A DNA stretch of 24,062 nucleotides, from positions 1 through 24,062 of the IMG/VR virus record IMGVR_UViG_2721755586_000001; one strand, given 5' to 3'. Below are positions 1 through 10,667 of the stretch, in pieces. Within the stretch, counting starts at the first letter, position 1; the number at the start of each line of letters is the position of its first letter. The notes below the pieces were generated by a model. The model had not been told where the DNA came from and ran no database searches. It saw only the letters and a program-made list of their open reading frames with translations. This DNA is from a virus. The position numbers and the translations under genes were made by a program.

Positions 1-321
1 ATGGAAAATGCAGAGCTTGAATTAAGAAGGATTAGAGTGATCCTCCTTTTGATTGGAATTGTTGTCTTGTTTGGATCGTGCGCTATCTCAAACATTGAAA
101 CGAGACAAGAAAGTTGGAATAACCATTCTCATGAAAATGCAGATGGAGTTTTACCATCATCTGCTGCACTAAAAAATAATCATTTTGCTGTTGTGAAAGA
201 TGATCAAGTACATGTGTACCGATTTGATGAAAAAGAAGGAGAGCTGACTCTCGTTACAACGAAATACATAGATGAATGGGACGACGAAGAATATGATGAT
301 GACCTTGATGAAGAAGAGTAA
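1..321 (+). CDS. ymzC: YmzC-like small membrane/lipoprotein
   Basis: ELRRIR + hydrophobic stretch + Cys, NHF.V motif and acidic tail resemble B. subtilis YmzC; synteny upstream of ymzA-nrdI. Confidence 0.75.
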   Translation: MENAELELRRIRVILLLIGIVVLFGSCAISNIETRQESWNNHSHENADGVLPSSAALKNNHFAVVKDDQVHVYRFDEKEGELTLVTTKYIDEWDDEEYDDDLDEEE

Positions 322-400
322 GCACGTAAATTTACAAATGAATGTGAAGTCGCTACACTATAATCATGCATCAGACATCTAGACAGAAAAGGATGAGTTC

Positions 401-613
401 ATGACACATAAAATTAAAATTAATCATTGGGAACAAACTTGTGAAGACGATTCCTGTTTCGAATATGGAACAAGCGTTTCTGTAAATGGGAAAGAATTAG
501 TGAGAGAAGCTTCAATCGTCTCTGCGCTTGAAGCGGTGCTAAAAGAATTAGGTGTTGAAGTGGAAATTACAGAAGTGTCAGAAGATTTACAGTGCGATGC
601 CTACAAAAAATAA
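401..613 (+). CDS. ymzA: YmzA-like hypothetical protein
   Basis: HW.QTCEDDSC.EYGT...VNGKEL motif; SD AAGGA upstream; synteny. Confidence 0.8.
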   Translation: MTHKIKINHWEQTCEDDSCFEYGTSVSVNGKELVREASIVSALEAVLKELGVEVEITEVSEDLQCDAYKK

Positions 614-786
614 AACAAAAAGTCTAGTCTACTAAGCGATTTTTTTTCGTGTTATGATAGATTTCGGTTTCAGTTGAATAGGGAGTAGAGCAGTCTATTT
701 TTAGATCCTGTTCTGCTCTATTTATTTGAACGTACGAGTTCGGCTATGAAGGTTCGGCCGGGTTGGTTGATTTTTTTCGTTTCGAA

Positions 787-833
787 CATCTATATGTTGT
801 GTTTTGAAAAAACATAGTATACTATATATAGTG
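787..833 (+). promoter_or_regulatory. Tandem NrdR boxes upstream of nrdI
   Basis: CATCTATATGTTGTG (787-801) and ATACTATATATAGTG (819-833) match acaCwAtATaTwGtg; starts are 32 bp apart. Confidence 0.85.
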
Positions 834-866
834 AATAACGAAATGATCAACAATACTAAAAACTAG

Positions 867-3333
<2,467 letters not shown>

Positions 3334-3350
3334 TTAAAGGAGAGTTTAAC

Positions 3351-4331
3351 GTGACAAAAATTTATGATGCAGCCAACTGGTCAAAACACGAAGACGATTT
3401 TACACAAATGTTTTACAACCAAAATGTAAAGCAGTTCTGGCTTCCAGAAGAGATTTCCTTAAACGGCGATCTCTTAACATGGAAATATTTAGGTGAAAAA
3501 GAGCGAGATACGTATATGAAGGTACTTGCTGGACTGACTTTACTTGATACAGAACAAGGAAATACAGGGATGCCGATTGTTGCTGAACATGTGGACGGCC
3601 ATCAGCGTAAAGCTGTACTCAACTTTATGGCAATGATGGAAAATGCGGTGCATGCGAAATCATACTCAAATATCTTCATGACACTCGCACCAACTGAAAC
3701 GATCAGTGAAGTGTTTGAATGGGTCAAGAAGAATAAATTCCTGCAAAAGAAAGCAGATATGATTGTCAGTTTATACCGTTCGATTCAAAAGGACGATCCT
3801 ATTTCTCTCTTTAAAGCAATGGTTGCTTCTGTTTATTTAGAGAGTTTCCTATTTTATAGTGGTTTTTACTACCCGCTTTATTTCTATGGACAAGGAAAGC
3901 TCATGCAAAGTGGTGAAATCATCAACTTAATTTTGCGTGATGAAGCGATTCATGGTGTGTACGTTGGATTATTAGCACAAGAAATTTACAACAAACAAAC
4001 ACCTGACGTGCAAAAAGAGCTGTATGATTTCTCTATTGACCTTTTAAACGAGCTTTATGAAAATGAACTTCATTACACTGAAGATATTTATGACCAAGTC
4101 AATTTATCGCATGATGTGAAAAAGTTTATTCGTTACAATGCCAATAAAGCGTTAATGAACCTTGGATTTGCCCCTTACTTTGAAGAAGAAGAGATTAACC
4201 CTATTGTATTGAATGGACTCAATACAAAAACAAAGTCGCATGACTTCTTCTCAATGAAAGGGAACGGCTACAAAAAAGCAACAGTTGAGCCGTTAAAAGA
4301 TGACGACTTCTTCTTTGGAGATGAATCATAA
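3351..4331 (+). CDS. nrdF: Class Ib ribonucleotide reductase beta subunit (GTG start 3351 after AAGGAG)
   Basis: [36 protein letters not shown] motifs. Confidence 0.98.
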   Translation: MTKIYDAANWSKHEDDFTQMFYNQNVKQFWLPEEISLNGDLLTWKYLGEKERDTYMKVLAGLTLLDTEQGNTGMPIVAEHVDGHQRKAVLNFMAMMENAVHAKSYSNIFMTLAPTETISEVFEWVKKNKFLQKKADMIVSLYRSIQKDDPISLFKAMVASVYLESFLFYSGFYYPLYFYGQGKLMQSGEIINLILRDEAIHGVYVGLLAQEIYNKQTPDVQKELYDFSIDLLNELYENELHYTEDIYDQVNLSHDVKKFIRYNANKALMNLGFAPYFEEEEINPIVLNGLNTKTKSHDFFSMKGNGYKKATVEPLKDDDFFFGDES

Positions 4332-4340
4332 GGAAAGCGT

Positions 4341-4374
4341 AAAAGTCAAAACGCATCACTCGTTTTGGCTTTTT
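4341..4374 (+). terminator. Intrinsic terminator after nrdF
   Basis: AAAAGTCAAAACG / CGTTTTGGCTTTT stem with a G-U pair and T-run. Confidence 0.65.
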
Positions 4375-4419
4375 GCCATTTCTAACAATGTGATAGTTAC
4401 ATACTGGAGGTTACCGAAC

Positions 4420-5037
4420 ATGGGAAAAATGGACGAAATCATTTTAGTAGCACCACGCGCACGCGTGTTTCAAAACGAAACACTTGCGTTTAATGGTGTG
4501 AACAGTGAAGAGAAAACAATCAGCACCATTATGAAAGAAATCGAAGAGCACTTCGAGCAAATGCGAAGAGGCGATGCAGAAGAAAATCCTGACTTCAAGC
4601 AGCCGATTCCTTATGTCGTGATTAAGCGTGAGGACGAAGTGTATGTATACGAAAGACTTCAAGGCGGGGGAGAGACTCGCTTACATCATAAGTTATCTCT
4701 TGGCTTTGGGGGGCATATGAATTTCATCGAAGGAAAAAACTTTGCTGAGATTCTAAAAGAAAATACAGATCGTGAGCTGGACGAAGAACTTTCTATTCAA
4801 GAAGAAGACAAACTTGAAATGAAAACCCTTGGTTTAATCAATGACGATGACAACAGTGTCGGCCGTGTGCACATCGGACTGTTATCAGCGCTTGAGCTAT
4901 CTCCGGGTGCTCATGTGGAAGTAAAAGAAACAGATCAAATCTCAGGAAAATGGATGAAAGCAGCCGATTTGAAAAAGCCTGAATACTTCGATCGTCTTGA
5001 AACATGGTCTCAATTTGTCGTTAACATCTTAGCGTAA
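4420..5037 (+). CDS. ymaB: YmaB, Nudix-like hydrolase (ATG 4420 after GGAGG)
   Basis: MGKMDE.ILVAPR, KQPIPY, SLGFGGHMN, RELDEEL; synteny after nrdF. Confidence 0.92.
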   Translation: MGKMDEIILVAPRARVFQNETLAFNGVNSEEKTISTIMKEIEEHFEQMRRGDAEENPDFKQPIPYVVIKREDEVYVYERLQGGGETRLHHKLSLGFGGHMNFIEGKNFAEILKENTDRELDEELSIQEEDKLEMKTLGLINDDDNSVGRVHIGLLSALELSPGAHVEVKETDQISGKWMKAADLKKPEYFDRLETWSQFVVNILA

Positions 5038-5047
5038 ATGAATACAC

Positions 5048-5085
5048 AACAAACCGGCTCAGCAGAAGACTTGAGCCGGTTTGTT
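5048..5085. terminator. Hairpin between convergent ymaB and cwlC (probably bidirectional terminator)
   Basis: AACAAACCGGCTCA / TGAGCCGGTTTGTT perfect 14-bp inverted repeat. Confidence 0.75.
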
Positions 5086-5104
5086 TCGTTACAACAGCTT
5101 CAGC

Positions 5105-5863
5105 TTATTGGAAAACGAATGCGTCGTGACCGGCCTGCTTCAATCTTGCGACGAGATCATCTGCATTTTGCTTTGTACGGAAAGCCCCGGCCTGCACTCG
5201 GAACATACCGCCGTCTAATACAACAAACGCGTCAAAGCCTTTGGATTTAAGTGTTGCTGCTAATTCATCTGCATTGGCTTTCACTTTGAAAGCTCCTGCC
5301 TGCACTTTATAAAGATTACTTGCTTTTTTTTTCAATTGAAAGGCTTCTTCTAGACCAGTCGCATGAGCGCGAGCGATGCCTTGAAGGAAGGTTGCGTTGC
5401 GGAGCTTATTAGCATCAGCTGCTGTATCGATGAAACCATTCTCTGTTAAAATAGCGGGCATAGAAGTTTCTCGAAGAACGTGGAAGTTCGCAGTTTTCTT
5501 GCCGCGGTTAGCAAAATCAACCGAGCGGACAATTTCATCATGAAGGGCATTGCGATACGTGGTGGTCGGTGCTGAAACGCCAGGATACACATAGCTTTCA
5601 AACCCTGTCCCCCCGCCAGCATTAATATGAATAGACACGAAATAGTCTGCCCCCCAGCTGTTTGCCGCATTCGTACGCTGGGACAAAGTGACGGATTGGT
5701 CAGTTGAACGACTTAAGCGGACGGAAACCCCATCATATTCACTAATCAAAATGTCTCTCAACAAAAGCGCGATTTGAAGTGTTATATTTTTCTCCAAAAG
5801 TCCATTAGCACTAGCTCCAGAATCTGTTCCTCCGTGGCCAGGATCAATAAAAATTTTCACCAT
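5105..5863 (-). CDS. cwlC: Sporulation N-acetylmuramoyl-L-alanine amidase (Amidase_3 + two SPOR repeats)
   Basis: IFIDPGHGG, SIHINAGGG, LTENGFID; two (Y/F)xVQAGAF...NAD.L repeats; synteny ymaB-cwlC-spoVK. Confidence 0.93.
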   Translation of the reverse strand: MVKIFIDPGHGGTDSGASANGLLEKNITLQIALLLRDILISEYDGVSVRLSRSTDQSVTLSQRTNAANSWGADYFVSIHINAGGGTGFESYVYPGVSAPTTTYRNALHDEIVRSVDFANRGKKTANFHVLRETSMPAILTENGFIDTAADANKLRNATFLQGIARAHATGLEEAFQLKKKASNLYKVQAGAFKVKANADELAATLKSKGFDAFVVLDGGMFRVQAGAFRTKQNADDLVARLKQAGHDAFVFQ

Positions 5864-5882
5864 CTATTCATCACCTCGTCTT

Positions 5883-5914
5883 TATTTTATGAGAAAATAG
5901 AAGAATTGCCTGTA
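5883..5914 (-). promoter_or_regulatory. Putative sigma-K promoter of cwlC
   Basis: Minus-strand CATAAAATA (5891-5883) fits the CATA-N3-TA -10 element; cwlC is sigma-K dependent in B. subtilis; -35 less clear. Confidence 0.45.
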
Positions 5915-6183
5915 CAAAATGCGGAAATCATTGAGACTCTTTTCTGCATCATTTGTGATTAAAAAGCTACATTTTTCTAAGAAAAAGCAAATTGTTGGTT
6001 TGTCCGCCCAAACGGGATGAATACAATGGAAATAGCACATCATTTCCTGGGAAACCGCAGAAATCCCTACAATATTCGGTATCTCGGGTCATTTTGACAG
6101 CAAACTTGGGCTTAAGCGGGCGATTGTCACGATTACAGCTCCACCCGAATAGAATAAAGAGAGAAGAGCGAGAGGTGAATACG

Positions 6184-6747
6184 TTGGAGCGAGCTGTCAC
6201 ATATAAAAACAACGGCCAAATCAATATTATACTTAACGGACAAAAGCAAGTATTGGTTGATGCAGACTCAGAGGCAGAATACCTAGAAGCCTTGCAGAAA
6301 AATGAGGCAAAACACAGCATCTTACGGGAAATAGAGCGTGAAATGAACAGCCTTGTCGGTATGGATGAAATGAAACGAAACATAAAAGAGATTTATGCTT
6401 GGATTTTTGTTAATCAAAAACGGCAGGAACAAGGGTTAAAGGTAGGAAAACAAGCGCTTCATATGATGTTCAAAGGAAATCCTGGCACAGGAAAAACCAC
6501 AGTTGCAAGACTTGTCGGGAAGCTTTTCTTTGAAATGAATGTGCTCTCAAAGGGTCACTTAATTGAAGCAGAACGCGGTGATCTAGTTGGTGAGTACATT
6601 GGTCATACAGCGCAAAAAACAAGGGATTTAATTAAAAAATCACTAGGTGGTATTTTGTTCATTGACGAAGCCTATTCTCTTGCACGCGGAGGAGAAAAGG
6701 ATTTTGGAAAAGAGGCGATTGATACCCTTGTAAAGAACATAGTTTAG
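6184..6747 (+). pseudogene. spoVK: spoVK 5' part (AAA+ ATPase), interrupted at ~6735 by prophage; TTG start 6184 after AGAGGTG
   Basis: ERAVTYKNNGQINIILNG N-terminus, Walker A GNPGTGKT, Walker B ILFIDEAY; ends DTLVK-NIV* where SpoVK (recalled, ~322 aa) continues DTLVK-HMED. Confidence 0.93.
6725..6745. other. Approximate prophage attachment junction
   Basis: ...CCCTTGTAAAG|AACATAG...: last host-like codon AAG ends at 6735; exact core needs the other end. Confidence 0.7.
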
Positions 6748-7127
6748 GTTTTTATGCGAATGTATTTATCCCATTACCGAAACATGAGGTTGCTTACAAC
6801 TACAGATGGGAACTGCATTTGGATAAGTTTGATGCCATAAAGGAGCTGCACTTCAAACAGCTTAAAACTGTTAGGGAAATATCTGAGGAGATGAACATTC
6901 CTGATTGGGTTATTTTAGATTTATTTAAGTCTCAAAAAGTGGACAAGCTTTCTTTCACTGAGCTATCGAAAAGAAAACGAGCAATTCATTTTGAGAAGCT
7001 TTATGATTTACATTTCAACAAAGGTATGAGTTTGAAAAAGATTTATCGTGATTATGGATTTTCGCCACCGTACACCAGGAAAGTTTTCGAAGAACATGGA
7101 CTAGAGCACAAACACTTTATAAACTGA
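6735..7127 (+). CDS. Tandem-HTH protein or 3' fragment of one (frame open from 6723; only weak TTG start at 6819)
   Basis: Two HTH-like repeats IKELHFKQLKTVREISEEMNIP / LYDLHFNKGMSLKKIYRDYGFS; no stop between junction and 7127. Confidence 0.65.
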   Translation, partial: EHSLGFYANVFIPLPKHEVAYNYRWELHLDKFDAIKELHFKQLKTVREISEEMNIPDWVILDLFKSQKVDKLSFTELSKRKRAIHFEKLYDLHFNKGMSLKKIYRDYGFSPPYTRKVFEEHGLEHKHFIN

Positions 7128-7148
7128 ACATAGGTAAGATTAAATTAA

Positions 7149-7206
7149 AATGTATAGCCATATTTAGAATTGAGGTTAAATGGGTGTCTGCATATGGCTA
7201 TACATT
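7149..7206. repeat. 15-bp perfect inverted repeat with 28-nt spacer
   Basis: AATGTATAGCCATAT (7149-7163) / ATATGGCTATACATT (7192-7206). Confidence 0.9.
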
Positions 7207-7313
7207 CTACATAAAAAATATCTTTCATTCTAAGTACACCAATTTCAATAAAAACTGAACCTTTGATATAATGAGCATAACTCTAAAATACAGTAATAAG
7301 TTAGGTGTATCTG

Positions 7314-8678
7314 ATGCATAATAAACACATCTTCGAACAAAATAAAAAGAAAAATCCATTCAAACAAAAAGATAGTGCCTCAAATAAGAGCGAACTTATA
7401 AAAAAAATGAAGTCTATACAAAAAAGTCACGAAAATGTTAATCAGGAAGAAGAAAATGAAAAGTCGGATATAAATTATAAAAAGCTTTATAAAGAACAAA
7501 AGAAATTAAACGAAAAATTAAAAAAAGAGCTAAGCCAGATATCTGAACAAGCTAAAAGAGACAGGGAAGAACTCTCAGACAAAAACAATAAGTTAAAAGA
7601 TGCTAAGAGGATTCAGCATTCTTTAATTGAAGAAATAAATTCTTTGAAATATGGAGACTCTGCTCTAATCAAAGAATATGAAGAAAAACTCACTCAAGCA
7701 CACCTAGACATCGAACGGCTGAATGAAAAATTGGAAGAAGAATTTTTAAAGTCAAAACAGTTTAGAACTTATGAAAAGCGATACAAAGCGAGTCTAAAAA
7801 CAATAAACCAATTAAAGGACAACCTAAATCAATTGAAGGGAACTGCTGAACACCTTGAAGAACGATTGGTTGAAAAAACTAAGGGTATGAAGACATTAGA
7901 ATCTAAAATTCATAAAAAGGATGAGAAAATCGAGTATTATAAATCCTTTTATGATAATTTCTATGAGAATCTAAGTTTGGTTGATCCAGAACAAATGTTG
8001 AATGATTTGTATGAACGAATGGATGAAAGCAACTACAGCAGTTTCAAGTCAGTTTTTAAATTAGTGAAGAAATATCGCTCTTTGAGCAAGTTTTACAGCT
8101 TTTCTCAAACCGAAAGAGTAAATGTGTTTGGGTATTTAAAAAAATACGAGGATAGCTATAAATTAGAAAGCACTAATGGCGAAACATATCAAATTCGAAT
8201 CCATGTAGAAGAAGCTTCAGATGAATCAGGTAAGCCAGCGAGAGGAATACTAAATGATGACGGTACAGTAGACATTGTTTTAACATACGAGGATGAAACA
8301 TCGTTTAATACAGATGAGGAAGTACACAGAGCAAGAAGAAAAAAGAGCCCTTCTAAAGAAAATGAAGTTGAGCATGTCTACATTGGAAATTTTAAGGTTT
8401 TAGTAATTAGTAGTAGGGACGGTAAAAAATTTACAGATCGGTTAAGGTTGCATGGATTACAAGCTGAGTGGATGGATGGTTTCAATAAATTAAAAGAAAC
8501 TAAAAATATGATGATCAGTGCTGATATAGTATTAGCTTGTGCTGATAGTGCTTCTCATGACATAATATACCATATTAGTAATCAAGGCAATGACCCTAAA
8601 TATCAAGTGTTGTTTAATCCAAATGAAGATACTGTAGTGTCTCGCACTATTTATGCAAAACACCAATTGAAATTATAG
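7314..8678 (+). CDS. Long coiled-coil protein with C-terminal DUF2325-like domain (start ATG 7314 or GTG 7305)
   Basis: K/E-rich heptads over ~200 aa; C-terminal KVLVISS...ADIVLACADSASHD resembles DUF2325; extended -10 TGATATAAT at 7265-7273. Confidence 0.6.
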   Translation: MHNKHIFEQNKKKNPFKQKDSASNKSELIKKMKSIQKSHENVNQEEENEKSDINYKKLYKEQKKLNEKLKKELSQISEQAKRDREELSDKNNKLKDAKRIQHSLIEEINSLKYGDSALIKEYEEKLTQAHLDIERLNEKLEEEFLKSKQFRTYEKRYKASLKTINQLKDNLNQLKGTAEHLEERLVEKTKGMKTLESKIHKKDEKIEYYKSFYDNFYENLSLVDPEQMLNDLYERMDESNYSSFKSVFKLVKKYRSLSKFYSFSQTERVNVFGYLKKYEDSYKLESTNGETYQIRIHVEEASDESGKPARGILNDDGTVDIVLTYEDETSFNTDEEVHRARRKKSPSKENEVEHVYIGNFKVLVISSRDGKKFTDRLRLHGLQAEWMDGFNKLKETKNMMISADIVLACADSASHDIIYHISNQGNDPKYQVLFNPNEDTVVSRTIYAKHQLKL

Positions 8679-8698
8679 TGTTGGGAAGAGGTAATGAC

Positions 8699-9121
8699 AT
8701 GGAAAAGAATTTCAAATTTAAAAAATATGGCATTAATATAGAAATGGGAATGAAACTGAGCAAGGGAGAATCTGAAGTTCATCAATTAAATGAGTTAATT
8801 CAAGTGGATGGAAAATCATTCAGAGTAAATAGGGCATACAAAACCATGCCTAATGAGTTTATGCATGTTAGAAATGACTATGTTCTTACTTTTGAATTAG
8901 AAGAGGAGAGACTAAGCCTTACTCCTGGAGATTTCAAGTTGAAAGATGATGAAGGAAAACTATATCCTTATTACTTCGCAAATAAAGAAGATGAATTTTT
9001 CTTGGCCGACAAAAAGATAAACAAAATTCATTTTGATGTTAAAGTAAGAGATAGATATTACTTAGTGTATTCTCCAAATTTCGGAGAAAAAGAAATAATA
9101 GTCGAAATCGATAGTCTTTAA
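8699..9121 (+). CDS. Hypothetical beta-rich protein, possibly DUF4352-like (ATG 8699 after GAGGT, or GTG 8678)
   Basis: Y.LTFE...DFKLKDDEGKLY...F.V...Y.LVYSP pattern; no signal peptide seen. Confidence 0.5.
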   Translation: MEKNFKFKKYGINIEMGMKLSKGESEVHQLNELIQVDGKSFRVNRAYKTMPNEFMHVRNDYVLTFELEEERLSLTPGDFKLKDDEGKLYPYYFANKEDEFFLADKKINKIHFDVKVRDRYYLVYSPNFGEKEIIVEIDSL

Positions 9122-9128
9122 GAGATGT

Positions 9129-9153
9129 AGGATGCAAATAAGCATCCTTTTTT
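9129..9153 (+). terminator. Intrinsic terminator closing the two-gene unit
   Basis: AGGATGC / GCATCCT followed by T-run. Confidence 0.8.
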
Positions 9154-9229
9154 GTTTCAATTAAAAGACTCTGTTCAAAATGTACGCTCTTGAAAAATTA
9201 AGAGCAATAAACTTGGTAAAACATCTCGA

Positions 9230-9245
9230 TTGCGGTATACCGAAA
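9230..9245 (+). promoter_or_regulatory. ComA-type binding site upstream of rap
   Basis: TTGCGG-TATA-CCGAAA vs consensus TTGCGG-N4-CCGCAA (one mismatch); extended -10 TGTTAAAAT at 9291-9299. Confidence 0.65.
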
Positions 9246-9333
9246 ACTTTTAAAATGTCCACCTTAACTTTACATATGCTGTAAAACGCGTGTTAAAATT
9301 ATACAAAGGGATTGTTTACAAGGAGGTAAGGGG

Positions 9334-10443
9334 ATGACAAGATTAATAGCCTCTCAGGAGGTAGGGAACATGTTAAACACCTGGAATCTTGCCATACAAA
9401 AAGGGGATTTATCAGCAGCTATTGAAATGCAAGATGATATAGATAGTGCGATTGAATCGATGGAAGAAAATCAGGACATTCTTTTGTATTATCAGCTACT
9501 GAGCTTCCGACTTAAGCTGAAACTTCAGAATATTAGCAGAAATTTGGACAAGCCGTTCTTTGAGAGAAATGCACCAGATGAAAAAGAAGAAAAAACAAAT
9601 AAACTCATGTCATACTACTTTTATTTTTACAACGGAATATATCACGACTACTTGCAAGACTATGATAAAGCCTTAAGTTATTTCAGAATAGCTGAAAAGA
9701 AACTAGCTTATGTTGATGACGAAATTGAAAAGGCTGAATTTCATTATAAATTAGCTGTTCTCTTCTATGATTTGAAAATGACTTTCCTATCTAAATATCA
9801 TACTCAAATCGCTTCAGACACTTTTAATGCACATGAAACTTATGTCAAAAGACAAATCAATTGCAGGTTGCTTCACGCATTAAACTTAATTGATCAATTC
9901 AAATATGATGATGCAAGTGGCCTCTTTAATGAAGCAGAGGAAATGATTAAGAATATAGGCGATAATCACTTAATCATACACCTGTATTACAATATGGGAT
10001 TTTTGGAAAGTAAGAAAGGCAATTACTCAGATGCCGCTGAACTATACAGGCATACCCTAAGTTACAGTGAAATCGAAAAAAATGATTTATTGAAATTGAG
10101 ATGCTTGTACGAATTATCTAGAGTTGCAATATCAACTCAAAGTAAAGAAGCAATAGAATTAATTGATCATGGTTATAGCTTATCTGAACAAGTTGATCAT
10201 GAAATTTTTAAGATTAAATTTAAATTAATGAAAGAACTTGTTTATGATGTTTCTGAGTCGCAAATAAATAATATCAGCACCTTGTGCTCAGATCTTGGAG
10301 AAAAAGGTGTATGGGTTGATTTAGAGGAAATCTTGGTTGATGTGGCGAAATATTTAGAGAGAAGAGGCTTGCTACAACAATCATTGGATTACTATAAAAA
10401 GGCCTTACTTGCAAGCCAGTATGTAGGAAAAGGAGTGAATTAA
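9334..10443 (+). CDS. rap: Rap-family response regulator aspartate phosphatase (TPR)
   Basis: I.S..VG..LN.W, MEENQDILLYYQL, YYFYFYNG, EKAEFHYKLA; 369 aa; strong SD AAGGAGGT. Confidence 0.93.
   Translation: MTRLIASQEVGNMLNTWNLAIQKGDLSAAIEMQDDIDSAIESMEENQDILLYYQLLSFRLKLKLQNISRNLDKPFFERNAPDEKEEKTNKLMSYYFYFYNGIYHDYLQDYDKALSYFRIAEKKLAYVDDEIEKAEFHYKLAVLFYDLKMTFLSKYHTQIASDTFNAHETYVKRQINCRLLHALNLIDQFKYDDASGLFNEAEEMIKNIGDNHLIIHLYYNMGFLESKKGNYSDAAELYRHTLSYSEIEKNDLLKLRCLYELSRVAISTQSKEAIELIDHGYSLSEQVDHEIFKIKFKLMKELVYDVSESQINNISTLCSDLGEKGVWVDLEEILVDVAKYLERRGLLQQSLDYYKKALLASQYVGKGVN
10323..10350 (+). promoter_or_regulatory. Putative sigma-H promoter for phr inside rap 3' end
   Basis: AGAGGAAAT-N12-GGCGAAA vs RNAGGAWWW-N11/12-RNNGAAT; typical location for phr promoters. 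Confidence 0.45.
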
Positions 10444-10578
10444 ATGAAGAAGTCAATTTTTATAATATTGTCAATAGTTGTAATGGCACTAGGTACACTT
10501 TTCTTTACAAATGGTTTGATTCAACCTTTACAAAGTGATGTCCAGACAGTCGCATCAAGAGGAAGCTCTGGTGGTTGA
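10444..10578 (+). CDS. phr: Phr pro-peptide, 44 aa (absent from ORF track): MKKSIFIILSIVVMALGTLFFTNGLIQPLQSDVQTVASRGSSGG
   Basis: ATG directly after rap stop, SD AAGGAG, signal peptide, VA cleavage motif followed by xR peptide SRGSS(GG). Confidence 0.9.
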   Translation: MKKSIFIILSIVVMALGTLFFTNGLIQPLQSDVQTVASRGSSGG

Positions 10579-10611
10579 ATGGTTAAAAAACGATAAAGTG
10601 GATTAAAGTGT

Positions 10612-10665
10612 AAGACTCCTTATGGTATTCTAGTAAAAGAATATTCCATAAAAGGAGTCTTTTTT
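10612..10665 (+). terminator. Long hairpin + T-run after phr that includes the toxin SD
   Basis: AAGACTCCTTATGG..TATTCT / AGAATA..CCATAAAAGGAGTCTT then TTTT; ATG at 10668. Confidence 0.65.
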
Positions 10666-10667
10666 AT

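Noticed and set aside
728-741. GAAC...GTTC as SOS box upstream of nrdI
   Set aside because: Spacer is 6 nt (GTACGA), not 4
5992-6183. N-terminal extension of spoVK in the ORF track (likewise 4300-4419 for ymaB and 3321-3350 for nrdF)
   Set aside because: SD positions and homologue N-termini point to the downstream starts
6725-6747. Programmed -1 frameshift fusing SpoVK' to the HTH ORF
   Set aside because: Frames are -1 related, but there is no canonical slippery heptamer or clear stimulatory structure
9334-10578. Arbitrium AimR-AimP
   Set aside because: Receptor has Rap N-terminal motifs and no N-terminal HTH; peptide does not end in the RGA-type hexapeptide
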